DNA of 64,000 bases, from positions 303,766 to 367,765 of the forward strand of contig PFBV01000003.1 in assembly GCA_002778465.1 (NCBI GenBank), read 5' to 3'. Numbering within the stretch: position 1 is the first letter of the stretch; each line of letters opens with the position of its first letter. This DNA is from Candidatus Magasanikbacteria bacterium CG10_big_fil_rev_8_21_14_0_10_36_32. Its GTDB lineage: Bacteria > Patescibacteriota > Patescibacteriia > Magasanikbacterales > GWA2-37-8. The translations under genes were made by a program, and so were the position numbers. The notes under the pieces were generated by a model that had not been told where the DNA came from, searched no databases, and saw only the letters and a program-made list of their open reading frames with translations. This document shows, piece by piece, positions 38,361 to 48,177 of the stretch.

Positions 38361-39230
38361 ATGGCAGCGGAAGATTATTTGGATATTGTTGAATTTGCGA
38401 CTTTAAAAAAGTTGTTGTTAAAAATCGGTTGTGAACTTAGGGCATTTGGAGTAGTTAAGCGAGTTGGACCGGGAGCAAAAATAACTCAAGCGGAATTGAT
38501 GAAGTTGAGAAGTTTGGCTTCCGCCTGTGGAATTATGGCCAATGTTCAAAAGGCACTTTTAACACCGTGGCCGGGACAAAACAATGTTATTCCAAATATT
38601 GAAATTCCACCAGCGATTAATTCGGCTAATAAACCTAACAGTCAGACGAATTTACCGTTTGTTCCAATCGGTTTGATTAATATTTGGAGCAGATTTTATA
38701 AAGAAGTGTTTGGTTTGACAGTTAATATGTCAAAAGTTAAGTTTCCGGTTAGAGTGGAACATTTCGGCTGGACAGTGGTGGTGGCCGAAGAGCTTGGTGA
38801 TAAAACGCTTAATACGGTTATTGAAGTCTGTAAAAAAATGTTTTTGGTTCGGACCTATATTCGTAATGATAATTTGCAGTCAGTTGTAACTTTTAATGAT
38901 CGTGACCCGCAAGTTATTGGTTCTTACGCTGTTTATCCGCGCGCCAATCTCATGGCAGATATTGAAAATCTTAATCTTTCAGCCAATGAAATTAAATTAC
39001 GCAGTATTATAACCATGACTCTTTTGGAACGTTTGATTGTGGAAGTTTTTATTTTTTGGAGCCGCAATAAACATTTGGATGAAAAGACATTTACTTTGTG
39101 TTGCGGTTCACGCGATCTGTGGGATGATGTCCCTGTTTGCGGTTATTTGTCTGGTGCGGTATTTCAAATTACAAGCCGTGTTGCAGGTAATTATGATACT
39201 TATTATCGCGCTCGGACTGTAATTTTTTAA
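38361..39230 (+). CDS. DGR target-like protein, family A, AT-rich copy with a distinct N-terminus
   Basis: RFYKEVFGLTVNMSKV, FGWT, NDRDP, TLLERL, HLD..TFTLCCGSR...VPVC...YRARTV shared with 2593 and 14464. Confidence 0.7.
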   Translation: MAAEDYLDIVEFATLKKLLLKIGCELRAFGVVKRVGPGAKITQAELMKLRSLASACGIMANVQKALLTPWPGQNNVIPNIEIPPAINSANKPNSQTNLPFVPIGLINIWSRFYKEVFGLTVNMSKVKFPVRVEHFGWTVVVAEELGDKTLNTVIEVCKKMFLVRTYIRNDNLQSVVTFNDRDPQVIGSYAVYPRANLMADIENLNLSANEIKLRSIITMTLLERLIVEVFIFWSRNKHLDEKTFTLCCGSRDLWDDVPVCGYLSGAVFQITSRVAGNYDTYYRARTVIF

Positions 39231-39267
39231 ATTTGTTATTTAAATCTTCGTGTTCCTTTGACTTTTC

Positions 39268-39300
39268 GACCCCGCATAAATGCGGGGTCTTTTTTATTTT
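39268..39300 (+). terminator. Intrinsic terminator
   Basis: GACCCCGCA-TAAA-TGCGGGGTC plus T-tract. Confidence 0.85.
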
Positions 39301-39328
39301 ATGTGATATAATATAAACAATACTATTT

Positions 39329-41485
39329 ATGATAAAATTTTGCAGGTATTCTAAAATTATTTCATTTTTCGCCATTATTGGCGGTGTTTTGTTTTTTTTA
39401 ATGCCGGTAAAAGCGTTGGATTTTACCATTCCTCCATTTCGTGATTTAAATTATCTTGGATCTTACGTTTCCCAATCAGTTAACGATCCAATTACTATTA
39501 AAGTCGGTGAAACCAAAGAAGTAATTGTTAAAATAAAAAATACGGGTAAGACAATTTGGTATCCGACCGGTGTTAATTTTGTTTCCGCTTACACGGTTGA
39601 TCCGAATTATCGCGAAAGTGTTTTTGTTTCCGCTAATTGGATTAAAAAAAATCAACCGGCAAAAATTACGGCTGTAACTAAGCCAAGTGATATTGCAGAA
39701 ATAAAAATTAATTTGACCGCTCCAAGCAAAACCGGTGATTATGTTGAAAAATTTTATTTGGCAGCGGAAAATTTAACTTGGATTAAATCCAGTTATTTTT
39801 ATTTAAAAATTAAAGTGATTGATGTTGGTGTTTCTGTTGTTCAAGCGCAGCCCAGTGTTTATAAATTTACTCGAGATCTTGAAGCGGGCATCGTAGGAAA
39901 CGATGTTAAAGAATTACAAAAATACCTGAATAATAATGGATTTATTGTTTCCGTTTCCGGTGTAGGTTCGGTCGGTAAAGAAACAACTTTGTTTGGTGCT
40001 CTAACTAAAAATGCTCTCATAAAATTTCAAATAGCTAATAAAATTTCTCCAGCTATTGGATATTTTGGTCCCCTAACAAGAAACATGGTTAACAAAAAAA
40101 TAGCCACTCCCGTAACAGTTGTGTCGGAAAGTGAAGAAAATCCAGTCGGCAATTCAGCTTTGGGCGGTCAGGATGTGGCTCAAGAAATTAATACTGAATA
40201 TCAAGCTAATTTAGCAGTAATGTCGGCACGTAATATACAAACAAATGGTGGTGATTTAATACGTTTTTCTGTTCGTTATATCAATGATGGTACAGAAACT
40301 TGGAATAATTATTTGTGGCAAGAAGCCGGTAGTTCCAAAGATGATAGTTCAACTTCTTCTGAAAAAATAATTGTGGCTGATCCATCTTGGTTAACTGAAA
40401 ATAAAATTTTTACAAAAAATGAAGCAGTGTTACCGAAACAACCCATGCAAGTTGATTTTTATTTTCGCGCGCCGATTACAAAAGGAAAGTATACAGTTAG
40501 ATTTCAGTTGACTGCTAACGGACATACTTTGGATGGCGGTACATTAGAATTGCCGGTAGAGGTTTTAATTGATGCGCCTGCCGGTTATCAAATGCCGATT
40601 TTTTCTTCAGCTCGAAAATTAATTGATGAACCGAGAATACGCGTCGGTTTATATAAAGCGGATGTTCCTGTGGAGTTCCGATCATCCTTTGCTTATCAGG
40701 TTTATGCCGGTGAAATTTTAAAAGGGGTTTTGTTTCCAAATGAATTAGTAACTCTTCAATACGCTGATGGTCTCTATGCTTTTTTAGGAGGTAATTTGGA
40801 TTTTAATGTTCGTGAAGCTATTCGGATGGTTCCTTTAGAAACTGATAATTATTTTGAATTGGTTAATTACAGTCGAAAGGTTAGTTGGAAAGGCAGTAAA
40901 AATTTTAATTTATATCGCGGTGTGATGGAGTATAAATATTCTCCCAAAAGCGACGTGCCGTGGGTGGTAAATGAATTACAACTGGATGATTATATTGCTG
41001 GCATTGGTGAAACTTCAAATGGGGCAGCTATGGAATATATTAAAGCAATTTTAGTGGCGGCTCGTTCTTATGCTTATTATCATATTAATAATGGTGTTCC
41101 AGCCGATCAGAGAACTTTTGATGTTTATGCCACTACCGCTGACCAACTTTATTTGGGATATAATTCTGAAGTAATCGGTCCGCGGATTGTACAGGCAGAA
41201 CGGGCAACTCGCGGTGAAATGGTAACTTATAATAATCAACCAGTGGTGACACCTTATTTTGGACATTCTGATGGTAGGACAAGAATATGGAGTCAGGTTT
41301 GGGGAGGGGCGGATAAGCCTTGGCTACAAAGTGTTGTTTGTAAATATGATTCTGGCGCAATGTTTGGACACGGAGTTGGTATGAGTGCTGGGGACGCGGC
41401 CAGTCGAGCTGACAAAGACGGTTGGACATATGATCAATTATTAAAATATTATTATACTGGAGTGCAAGTTGATAAAATTTATTAG
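39329..41485 (+). CDS. SpoIID/LytB-domain cell-wall protein with Ig-like and peptidoglycan-binding domains
   Basis: DVKELQKYLN...FGALTKNALIKFQ (PG-binding); LDDYIAGIGE, AARSYA, GHGVGMS, LKYYYTG (SpoIID). Confidence 0.85.
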   Translation: MIKFCRYSKIISFFAIIGGVLFFLMPVKALDFTIPPFRDLNYLGSYVSQSVNDPITIKVGETKEVIVKIKNTGKTIWYPTGVNFVSAYTVDPNYRESVFVSANWIKKNQPAKITAVTKPSDIAEIKINLTAPSKTGDYVEKFYLAAENLTWIKSSYFYLKIKVIDVGVSVVQAQPSVYKFTRDLEAGIVGNDVKELQKYLNNNGFIVSVSGVGSVGKETTLFGALTKNALIKFQIANKISPAIGYFGPLTRNMVNKKIATPVTVVSESEENPVGNSALGGQDVAQEINTEYQANLAVMSARNIQTNGGDLIRFSVRYINDGTETWNNYLWQEAGSSKDDSSTSSEKIIVADPSWLTENKIFTKNEAVLPKQPMQVDFYFRAPITKGKYTVRFQLTANGHTLDGGTLELPVEVLIDAPAGYQMPIFSSARKLIDEPRIRVGLYKADVPVEFRSSFAYQVYAGEILKGVLFPNELVTLQYADGLYAFLGGNLDFNVREAIRMVPLETDNYFELVNYSRKVSWKGSKNFNLYRGVMEYKYSPKSDVPWVVNELQLDDYIAGIGETSNGAAMEYIKAILVAARSYAYYHINNGVPADQRTFDVYATTADQLYLGYNSEVIGPRIVQAERATRGEMVTYNNQPVVTPYFGHSDGRTRIWSQVWGGADKPWLQSVVCKYDSGAMFGHGVGMSAGDAASRADKDGWTYDQLLKYYYTGVQVDKIY

Positions 41486-41556
41486 TTTGAAAAGTAATAT
41501 AAAAAAAGGCCTGGCGGCTTTTTTTTATTATTTAAGAGATGGTCAAAATGATTTTC

Positions 41557-41639
41557 TTGACAAATCACACTAAACATGTTAAAATGTTGTGTTCTTTGAA
41601 AAAATGAGTGGATGCTAAGCGTCCCCCCTAAAAAAGGAG
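41557..41639 (+). promoter_or_regulatory. Sigma70 promoter, boxA-like motif and SD
   Basis: TTGACA 41557, 17-nt spacer, TGtTAAAAT; TGTTCTTTGAAAA 41590-41602; AAGGAG 41634. Confidence 0.78.
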
Positions 41640-41646
41640 AAGAGAA

Positions 41647-42246
41647 ATGAGTAAGATGATTTTGCCGATTTTTTTTACCACCGTATCAGGCATAGTTGTT
41701 TTTGGATGGACAGTGACATTGATAGATGTGGTTGTGGTGTTAAGTTGGTTATCCTATGTGTTGTTTTGGGTGGTTTTGACTTTGATTCGTCTTTATACAG
41801 AGCGTGTTGACCAAGAGAAGTTTGTAGCCTTTGTCAATTTTCGGACAGATAATTCCAAAGTGAAATTTTCTTGCATTAGCGAAAAATTCAAAACATGGTT
41901 TTATGGTAAAATTGAGAAAGTGAAAGATGCGACGATTCCGCAATCTTACCACGATTTGCGCCAGGAAGCGTCGGACAATGAAATTATTACTAATCTTGGT
42001 AATAAAATCCAAGTTGAAACAACTCTGGTCGGCATATATAAACTGATGAGAAACCAGAGAAAAGGCGAAGAGGGTATTTTGCTTGTAGATGGTTTTGCGA
42101 ATATTTTTTATATTCGTGACATTAGCGGTGTTTTGCGTGCGGTAAGCCTCAGCTGGTGTCGGTATGGTTGGGCGGTAGTTGCCAGTCAGACCGATTATCC
42201 GATTAGATGGAACGTTGGCAGTCGTGTTTTTTTTCTTGATTCTTAG
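41647..42246 (+). CDS. Membrane-anchored DGR target-like protein, family C
   Basis: N-terminal TM; C-terminus LLVDGFANIFYIRD..GVLRAV...W...GW.V.A......RWNVGSRVF resembles CPR variable-protein termini as I recall them (not searched). Confidence 0.5.
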   Translation: MSKMILPIFFTTVSGIVVFGWTVTLIDVVVVLSWLSYVLFWVVLTLIRLYTERVDQEKFVAFVNFRTDNSKVKFSCISEKFKTWFYGKIEKVKDATIPQSYHDLRQEASDNEIITNLGNKIQVETTLVGIYKLMRNQRKGEEGILLVDGFANIFYIRDISGVLRAVSLSWCRYGWAVVASQTDYPIRWNVGSRVFFLDS

Positions 42247-42404
42247 ATAATTATTTTTTTGATATTAATGTGTCCGACCGTTTTTGGCGGCAGGATATGT
42301 GATGTTTATCAAATTATTTTGTAAGGAATTAGCTATATTTTTTTTACTCCTTTATTTATTGGGCCCTTCTGTTTTTCTTTTTGAATGCGTTGGGCCTTTT
42401 TTAT

Positions 42405-42944
42405 TTAATTTTTTTCATGATATTTTCTGTCTTCAAGCGCTAAATCCAAAAGTTTTTTTCTTAGTTCATGAGGGTGAGCCACATTGTGAAGCGTACAGCG
42501 TGGCATAGACCCAGCTGTTTGCACCATCACATTTCCATAGTCAAATATTGAAGGAAAAAACCCTTTTATTTCAGATGTGGCATCTTGTATTAAATATAAG
42601 TCTACCTCAGCGATAGTGCGAGAAAATAATCCATTTTGATTAATATCAACCAATCGGTCGTTGGTAATTATAGTTAAATTTAAATAAAATGTGACAAAAT
42701 AAGTATAAAAATATAAAACTACAAATAAGTAGTAGATGCTGGCAAAAAGAATTAACAAAGGTAAACCAACCGGACTTTCCAACCATGGTGTAAAATTTCT
42801 ATTGATGATCCAATATAATCCCAATGGCAATGTCATAACAAAAAACATCAAAATCAATGCGGGAACAAAAGTAAAAGGATGTTGTCTTAATTTATAAACA
42901 ACCCTTTCATAAATTTTTTGGCGGATTAATTTAATAATACCCAT
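42405..42944 (-). CDS. Bacterial PH-domain membrane protein
   Basis: Two TMs, IITNDRLVDINQ.GLF, IFDYGNV.VQTAG. Confidence 0.8.
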   Translation of the reverse strand: MGIIKLIRQKIYERVVYKLRQHPFTFVPALILMFFVMTLPLGLYWIINRNFTPWLESPVGLPLLILFASIYYLFVVLYFYTYFVTFYLNLTIITNDRLVDINQNGLFSRTIAEVDLYLIQDATSEIKGFFPSIFDYGNVMVQTAGSMPRCTLHNVAHPHELRKKLLDLALEDRKYHEKN

Positions 42945-42945
42945 A

Positions 42946-43218
42946 TTACATTAATTGTCTTGGAATAAATAAACCAACAAACCATTCTTTATTAAAAATA
43001 ATAACTTCGTATTGCCATTGTGTTCCTTCTAATAAATTCATGGTGGCGTAGATTAAAAGCGTAACCGAAGCAAAGAAAATAAAAGTAACTACAAAACTGA
43101 CAAAAGTTAATGAACTCGTTTGTACCAAGTGAGCGATATTAATAATAAAAAATAATGTAAAAATTCCTAACAAGAGCAGGTAAAGTCCGAGAAATGTATA
43201 TAAAGGAATAGCTATCAT
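42946..43218 (-). CDS. Small membrane protein
   Basis: Two hydrophobic helices; co-oriented between ruvB and the PH-domain gene. Confidence 0.6.
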   Translation of the reverse strand: MIAIPLYTFLGLYLLLLGIFTLFFIINIAHLVQTSSLTFVSFVVTFIFFASVTLLIYATMNLLEGTQWQYEVIIFNKEWFVGLFIPRQLM

Positions 43219-43225
43219 AAAAACA

Positions 43226-44263
43226 TTATAATAATGTTTGATCTTTTGGTTTTTCAAAACCAAGATGCAGATAAGCGTTATTGGTGGCACGTCGGCCTCG
43301 CGGAGTGCGTTCTAAAAATCCAGTTTGCATTAAAAATGGTTCGTAAATTGTTTCTATTGTGTCCATTTCCTCTGAAATAGCTGCCGCTAGAGTATTTAAA
43401 CCGACTGGTCCGCCATTGAATTTAGTAATCATTGTTTCTAATAATCGGCGGTCAATATCGTCTAATCCGAATTCATCAATCATTAACATTGATAAAGCCT
43501 GTTTTGCAACTGATGTATCAATTTGTCCGCCATGATGCACTTCCGCAAAATCACGAACCCGCTTTAATAATCGGTTGGCGATGCGCGGCGTTCGGCGTGC
43601 TCGTTGTGCAATAATTGAACCCGCCTCCTGGTGAAATTGAACACCAAGAATTTTTGCGCTTCGCGCTAAAATTTTTTCAATGTCTTCGTTTTCGTAAAAG
43701 TTTAAATGGAAACTGTGCCCAAAACGATCACGTAACGGTCCTGATAATAAGCTCATTTTAGTGGTGGCGCCGATCAAAGTAAATTTATTAAGTGGCATAC
43801 GGATAGTTCGAGCGGCTGGACCACTGCCAATAATAATATCTAAAGAATAATCTTCCAGTGCTGGATACAAAATTTCCTCAATACTTTTATTTAACCGATG
43901 AATTTCATCAATGAAGAGAACCTCGTTTTCTTCCAAGTTGGAAAGAATAGCCGCCAAATCACCAATTTTTTCCAACGCTGGACCCGAAGTAATTTTAATA
44001 TTAGCGTTCATTTCTTTAGCAATGATGTGTGCCAGAGTAGTTTTGCCCAAACCCGGGTTACCATACAACAAAACATGTTCTAATGGTTCAGAACGTTGTT
44101 TGGCCGCCTTAATGGAAATATTTAGATTTTGTTTTAGCGGTTCTTGTCCAACAAAATCAGACAGTTGCTGTGGACGCAGAGTATTTTCTAAAACCGCTTC
44201 CTCAACCATGTTTTCATTTTCCGGCGCAGTTAAACGTTGATTTTTTAGTGTATTCTTAGCCAT
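43226..44263 (-). CDS. ruvB: Holliday junction branch migration helicase RuvB
   Basis: [44 protein letters not shown]. Confidence 0.97.
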   Translation of the reverse strand: MAKNTLKNQRLTAPENENMVEEAVLENTLRPQQLSDFVGQEPLKQNLNISIKAAKQRSEPLEHVLLYGNPGLGKTTLAHIIAKEMNANIKITSGPALEKIGDLAAILSNLEENEVLFIDEIHRLNKSIEEILYPALEDYSLDIIIGSGPAARTIRMPLNKFTLIGATTKMSLLSGPLRDRFGHSFHLNFYENEDIEKILARSAKILGVQFHQEAGSIIAQRARRTPRIANRLLKRVRDFAEVHHGGQIDTSVAKQALSMLMIDEFGLDDIDRRLLETMITKFNGGPVGLNTLAAAISEEMDTIETIYEPFLMQTGFLERTPRGRRATNNAYLHLGFEKPKDQTLL

Positions 44264-44339
44264 ATGCTTATATTTTACTATAAATAAGCGTTAAAGTCCA
44301 TTGATATTTAGACAATTAAATTATTAGTTGGGATTAAGT

Positions 44340-44477
44340 TGTGGATAAGGTTTTTAAAAGCTGTTATTTAAGGCAAAATAATGACTGTTGGCGAGGACTT
44401 GGTTAAATGGTATAATATAAATAGTTATAATACAAGATATTGTGGCTTGATAAGAATTGCATAACTACTGGTTGTAT
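44340..44477 (+). promoter_or_regulatory. nrdD promoter with a DnaA box and tandem NrdR-like boxes
   Basis: TGTGGATAA 44340; TGgTATAAT 44408-44416; ATACAAGATATTGTGG 44430-44445 and a degenerate copy 32 nt later. Confidence 0.65.
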
Positions 44478-44516
44478 TATTTGCTAAAACAATAATTTAT
44501 TAATTTTTTATATTTT

Positions 44517-46652
44517 ATGTTCAAAAAAATAAAAAAGCGTGATGGTAAAATAGTTAAATTTGATTTGGAAAAAATTTGCCAAGCCATAACTAAGGCTGGG
44601 CAAGCTACCGGTGAATTTGATGATAAAATGGCTAAAAAATTAGCTAGCAAAGTATTGATGTTGGCAGAAAATATTTTGGGAAATAAAGTTCCGGAAGTGG
44701 AAGAAATTCAAGATATTGTTGAAGATGTTTTACTAAATTCAATGTATAAAAAAACCGCCAAAGCTTTTGTTGTTTATCGTGATCAGCATAATCAAATTCG
44801 TGATTTGAATGACACGGCCAACGTGGGTTTAATGGATCAATATTTAGATAAGTTGGATTGGCAAGTGAATGAAAATAGCAATATGACTTTTTCTTTGCAA
44901 GGATTGAATCATTATGTTTCATCAGAAATCAGCAAAGTATATTGGTTGAATAAAATTTATCCAAAAGATATTCGCCAAGCTTATTTGGAAGGTGATTTTC
45001 ACATTCATGATTTATTTAGTTTGTCGGTTTATTGTGTTGGTTGGGATTTACAGGATTTACTAACTGTCGGCTGGGGCGGTGTATCCAGTAAAATAGAAAG
45101 TCGTCCGCCAAAACGATTTCGTAGCGCTTTGGGACAAATTACAAACTTTTTTTATACAATGGCAGGCGAAGCGGCCGGTGCCCAAGCTTTTTCTAATTTT
45201 GATACATTGTTGGCGCCATTTATCAGATATTCAAAATTAACTTACGAAGAAGTAAAATTGGCGCTTCAGGAATTTATGTTTAATATGAATGTGCCGACTC
45301 GAGTTGGTTTTCAAACTCCGTTTACCAACGTTACTTTTGATTTAATGGTGCCCAGCACTTTTAAAGATCAGCCGGTGATAATTGGCGGTAAACAACAAAA
45401 AGAAACATACGGCGAGTTTCAGAAAGAAATGGATATATTAAATAAAGCGTTTTTTGAAGTGGTGACTGAAGGAGACGCAAAGGGAAGAGTTTTTTCTTGG
45501 CCGATTCCGACTTATAATATCTATAAAGGTTTTGATTGGAACAATAAACGATTTGATGGAATTTGGGAAATGGCGGCTAAATATGGTATTCCTTATTTTT
45601 CTAATTTTATAAATTCTGACATGAAACCGGAAGACGCTCGATCTATGTGTTGCCGGTTACGGATTGATAATCGTCAATTGGAAAAACGTGGTGGCGGTTT
45701 ATTTGGCGCAAATCCATTGACTGGTTCAGTGGGGGTGGTGACAATTAATTTGCCAAGAATTGGTTATTTAGCCAAAAATGAAAAAGATTTTTTTGCTCGA
45801 TTAGAAAATTTGATGGTGTTGGCAAAAAATAGTTTGGAAATAAAACGTAAAGTGTTAGAAAAATTTACTGATAAAAATTTATATCCTTACGCTAAATATT
45901 ATTTGCGCAACATGAAAGCGCGGCATGGTCAATATTGGAAAAATCATTTTGCCACCGTTGGCATTGTTGGAATGAATGAAGCGTTGTTAAATTTATTGGG
46001 TGAAGATATTGGAAGTAAAAAAGGCCGAGAGTTTTCTTTGAAAGTTATGGATTTTATGCGTGATAAATTAGTAAAATTTCAAAAGGAAACAGGAAATAAT
46101 TATAATTTGGAAGCAACACCGGCTGAAGGTACTGCTTACCGCCTGGCTTTGAAAGATAAGGAATTATATCCGAAGATTATTTGTGCCAATGAAAAAGATT
46201 ATAAAAAATTAAAAGCCGCGCCTTATTATACAAATTCCACGCAATTACCGGTTAATTATACCGATGATATGTTTGAAGCGCTTGATTTACAAGAGGAGTT
46301 ACAAGTTAAATATACGGGCGGTACCGTGGTGCACTTATTTTTAGGAGAACGAATAGATAATCCACAATCGGCTAAACAAATGGTTAAAAAAATTTGTGAA
46401 GGATATCGTTTGCCATATTTTACTTTTTCTCCGACATTTAGCGTTTGCCGAACGCATGGATATTTATCAGGTGAACATTTTGAGTGTCCCAAGTGTGGTG
46501 ATCAATGTGAAGTTTACGCTCGGGTGGTTGGTTATTTAAGTCCGGTTAGACAGTGGCACAAAGGAAAACGCGAGGAGTTTAATAATCGCAAGATGTTTAA
46601 TTTGCCAAATCTGCAAGCGTGTTCTGGAGATAAAATTTCCAAGAAAAAATAA
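44517..46652 (+). CDS. nrdD: Anaerobic (class III) ribonucleoside-triphosphate reductase with ATP cone
   Basis: IKKRDG ATP cone, HIHDL, SMCCRL, EATPAEG, YTGGT, CPKCG, RVVGYL glycyl-radical motif. Confidence 0.96.
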   Translation: MFKKIKKRDGKIVKFDLEKICQAITKAGQATGEFDDKMAKKLASKVLMLAENILGNKVPEVEEIQDIVEDVLLNSMYKKTAKAFVVYRDQHNQIRDLNDTANVGLMDQYLDKLDWQVNENSNMTFSLQGLNHYVSSEISKVYWLNKIYPKDIRQAYLEGDFHIHDLFSLSVYCVGWDLQDLLTVGWGGVSSKIESRPPKRFRSALGQITNFFYTMAGEAAGAQAFSNFDTLLAPFIRYSKLTYEEVKLALQEFMFNMNVPTRVGFQTPFTNVTFDLMVPSTFKDQPVIIGGKQQKETYGEFQKEMDILNKAFFEVVTEGDAKGRVFSWPIPTYNIYKGFDWNNKRFDGIWEMAAKYGIPYFSNFINSDMKPEDARSMCCRLRIDNRQLEKRGGGLFGANPLTGSVGVVTINLPRIGYLAKNEKDFFARLENLMVLAKNSLEIKRKVLEKFTDKNLYPYAKYYLRNMKARHGQYWKNHFATVGIVGMNEALLNLLGEDIGSKKGREFSLKVMDFMRDKLVKFQKETGNNYNLEATPAEGTAYRLALKDKELYPKIICANEKDYKKLKAAPYYTNSTQLPVNYTDDMFEALDLQEELQVKYTGGTVVHLFLGERIDNPQSAKQMVKKICEGYRLPYFTFSPTFSVCRTHGYLSGEHFECPKCGDQCEVYARVVGYLSPVRQWHKGKREEFNNRKMFNLPNLQACSGDKISKKK

Positions 46653-46674
46653 AATAAATTTATTTTTACGAGAT

Positions 46675-47364
46675 ATGATAATAGGCGGTTGGCAAAAATT
46701 TTCTCTAATTGATTATCCGGGCAAAGTTAGCGCTGTAATTTTTACTCAGGGCTGCCGGTTTCGTTGTCCATTTTGTCATAATCCGGAATTAGTTGTGCCG
46801 GAAAAATTTACCGAGTCGGTTTCAATTGAAGAAGTTTTAAATTTTCTTAATTCAAGAAAAAATCAGTTAGATGGAATTGTAATTAGTGGGGGTGAACCGA
46901 CAGTACATTCGGATTTGCCGGATTTTATTAGTCAAATAAAAAAATTAGGTTTTTTGGTTAAAATAGACACCAATGGAAGTTGTCCGGATAATTTAGAATA
47001 TTTGATTAAGCATCATTTGGTTGATTATGTAGCAATGGATATTAAATCACCGCTGTTTAAGTACAAGGCTCATACCAATTCAAACATAAATGAAGAACAT
47101 ATAAAAAAAAGTATTGAAATGGTGAAAAATTCCGGATTGGATTATGAATTCCGCACCACGGTGGTCAAAGAACAATTGTCGCCGGAAGATTTGTTTGCCA
47201 TCGGTCAAACTTTGTCCGGTTCAAAAAGATATATTTTGCAAAAATTTATTCCCAGAAAAACTTTGAATGAAGATTTTATGAAAGCGGAAACTTATACCGA
47301 CGAAGAATTTGATGATTTTTGTTTGAAGTTAAAAACATTGGTGGAAGAATGTTTTTGGCGATGA
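46675..47364 (+). CDS. nrdG: Anaerobic RNR activating radical-SAM protein
   Basis: GCRFRCPFCHN, SGGEPT, adjacent to nrdD. Confidence 0.93.
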   Translation: MIIGGWQKFSLIDYPGKVSAVIFTQGCRFRCPFCHNPELVVPEKFTESVSIEEVLNFLNSRKNQLDGIVISGGEPTVHSDLPDFISQIKKLGFLVKIDTNGSCPDNLEYLIKHHLVDYVAMDIKSPLFKYKAHTNSNINEEHIKKSIEMVKNSGLDYEFRTTVVKEQLSPEDLFAIGQTLSGSKRYILQKFIPRKTLNEDFMKAETYTDEEFDDFCLKLKTLVEECFWR

Positions 47365-47408
47365 TAATTGATTGAAAAATAATTTACACAGATAAAATAA
47401 AAATTGCC

Positions 47409-47456
47409 TTGACAATAAGGCTTTTTTGTTTTTTAATATCAAATAGATCCTTAAAA
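47409..47456 (+). promoter_or_regulatory. Promoter-like sequence with a boxA variant
   Basis: TTGACA 47409 with a weak -10; GATCCTTAAAA 47446-47456. Confidence 0.4.
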
Positions 47457-47493
47457 TCAAAAGTATTTTAGCAAATACAGAAGGGACACGGTC

Positions 47494-48156
47494 ATGGGAA
47501 TTTCACGTCGGAAAAGGGGTTCGCATATTAATCCCCAATCCACACCTCAAATTGGCAAAGGTTCATTAATTTGTACGTTAAATAAAAATTGGATTGATCC
47601 CGAGTGGGACGATTGGGCGGTACACCCAAATGGTAATGTTATTTTGCGGCGTGGTCGGTTGTTTACTTTGAATGGTGTGACAAAATTATACCATGGTTAT
47701 TACGACGATTGGCGTCCGCATTATGAACATTCGTTGGTAATTCGCATTGGTAATTATTTTTTCCTTCCTAACGCTCGGCGAGTATTTTATAATGGTCCAT
47801 GGGACGATTGGCGTCCGCATCCAAATGGCGTGGTAATTCGTCTGAATAACCAATTTCTTTTGAATGGAAAAGATGAACTTTACAGAGGTCTTTGGGATGA
47901 GTGGGATGTACAACCCTACACAGGTAATATATATATCCGTTTGGGATTTCGGTTTTTTAATGACGAAGATGAAATTTACGCTGGTCCATGGGACGGCTGG
48001 GATGTGTCTCGCAGGGGATTGGTAATTCGTTGTGATGATTATTTTCGTTTAGACGGAAACAAACTGCTTTACTGTGGGCAGTGGGATGGTTGGCGCGCTC
48101 ACGTCAAAGGCGTTATTATTCGACGAAATAATAATTGGCGTGCCTACACCGGCTAA
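47494..48156 (+). CDS. Trp-rich tandem-repeat protein (about six ~31-aa repeats)
   Basis: Repeated YxGxWDxWxxHxxGxxIRxxxxFxLNG; DNA repeat GACGATTGGCGTCCGCAT at 47704 and 47803. Confidence 0.75.
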   Translation: MGISRRKRGSHINPQSTPQIGKGSLICTLNKNWIDPEWDDWAVHPNGNVILRRGRLFTLNGVTKLYHGYYDDWRPHYEHSLVIRIGNYFFLPNARRVFYNGPWDDWRPHPNGVVIRLNNQFLLNGKDELYRGLWDEWDVQPYTGNIYIRLGFRFFNDEDEIYAGPWDGWDVSRRGLVIRCDDYFRLDGNKLLYCGQWDGWRAHVKGVIIRRNNNWRAYTG

Positions 48157-48177
48157 AATTATTTTTTGTTATTTTTT

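Noticed and set aside
46675-47364. Alternative genetic code (TGA read-through, as in some CPR lineages)
   Set aside because: TGA ends genes at their expected C-termini (nrdG, 32171, 35177) and conserved genes are intact under code 11.
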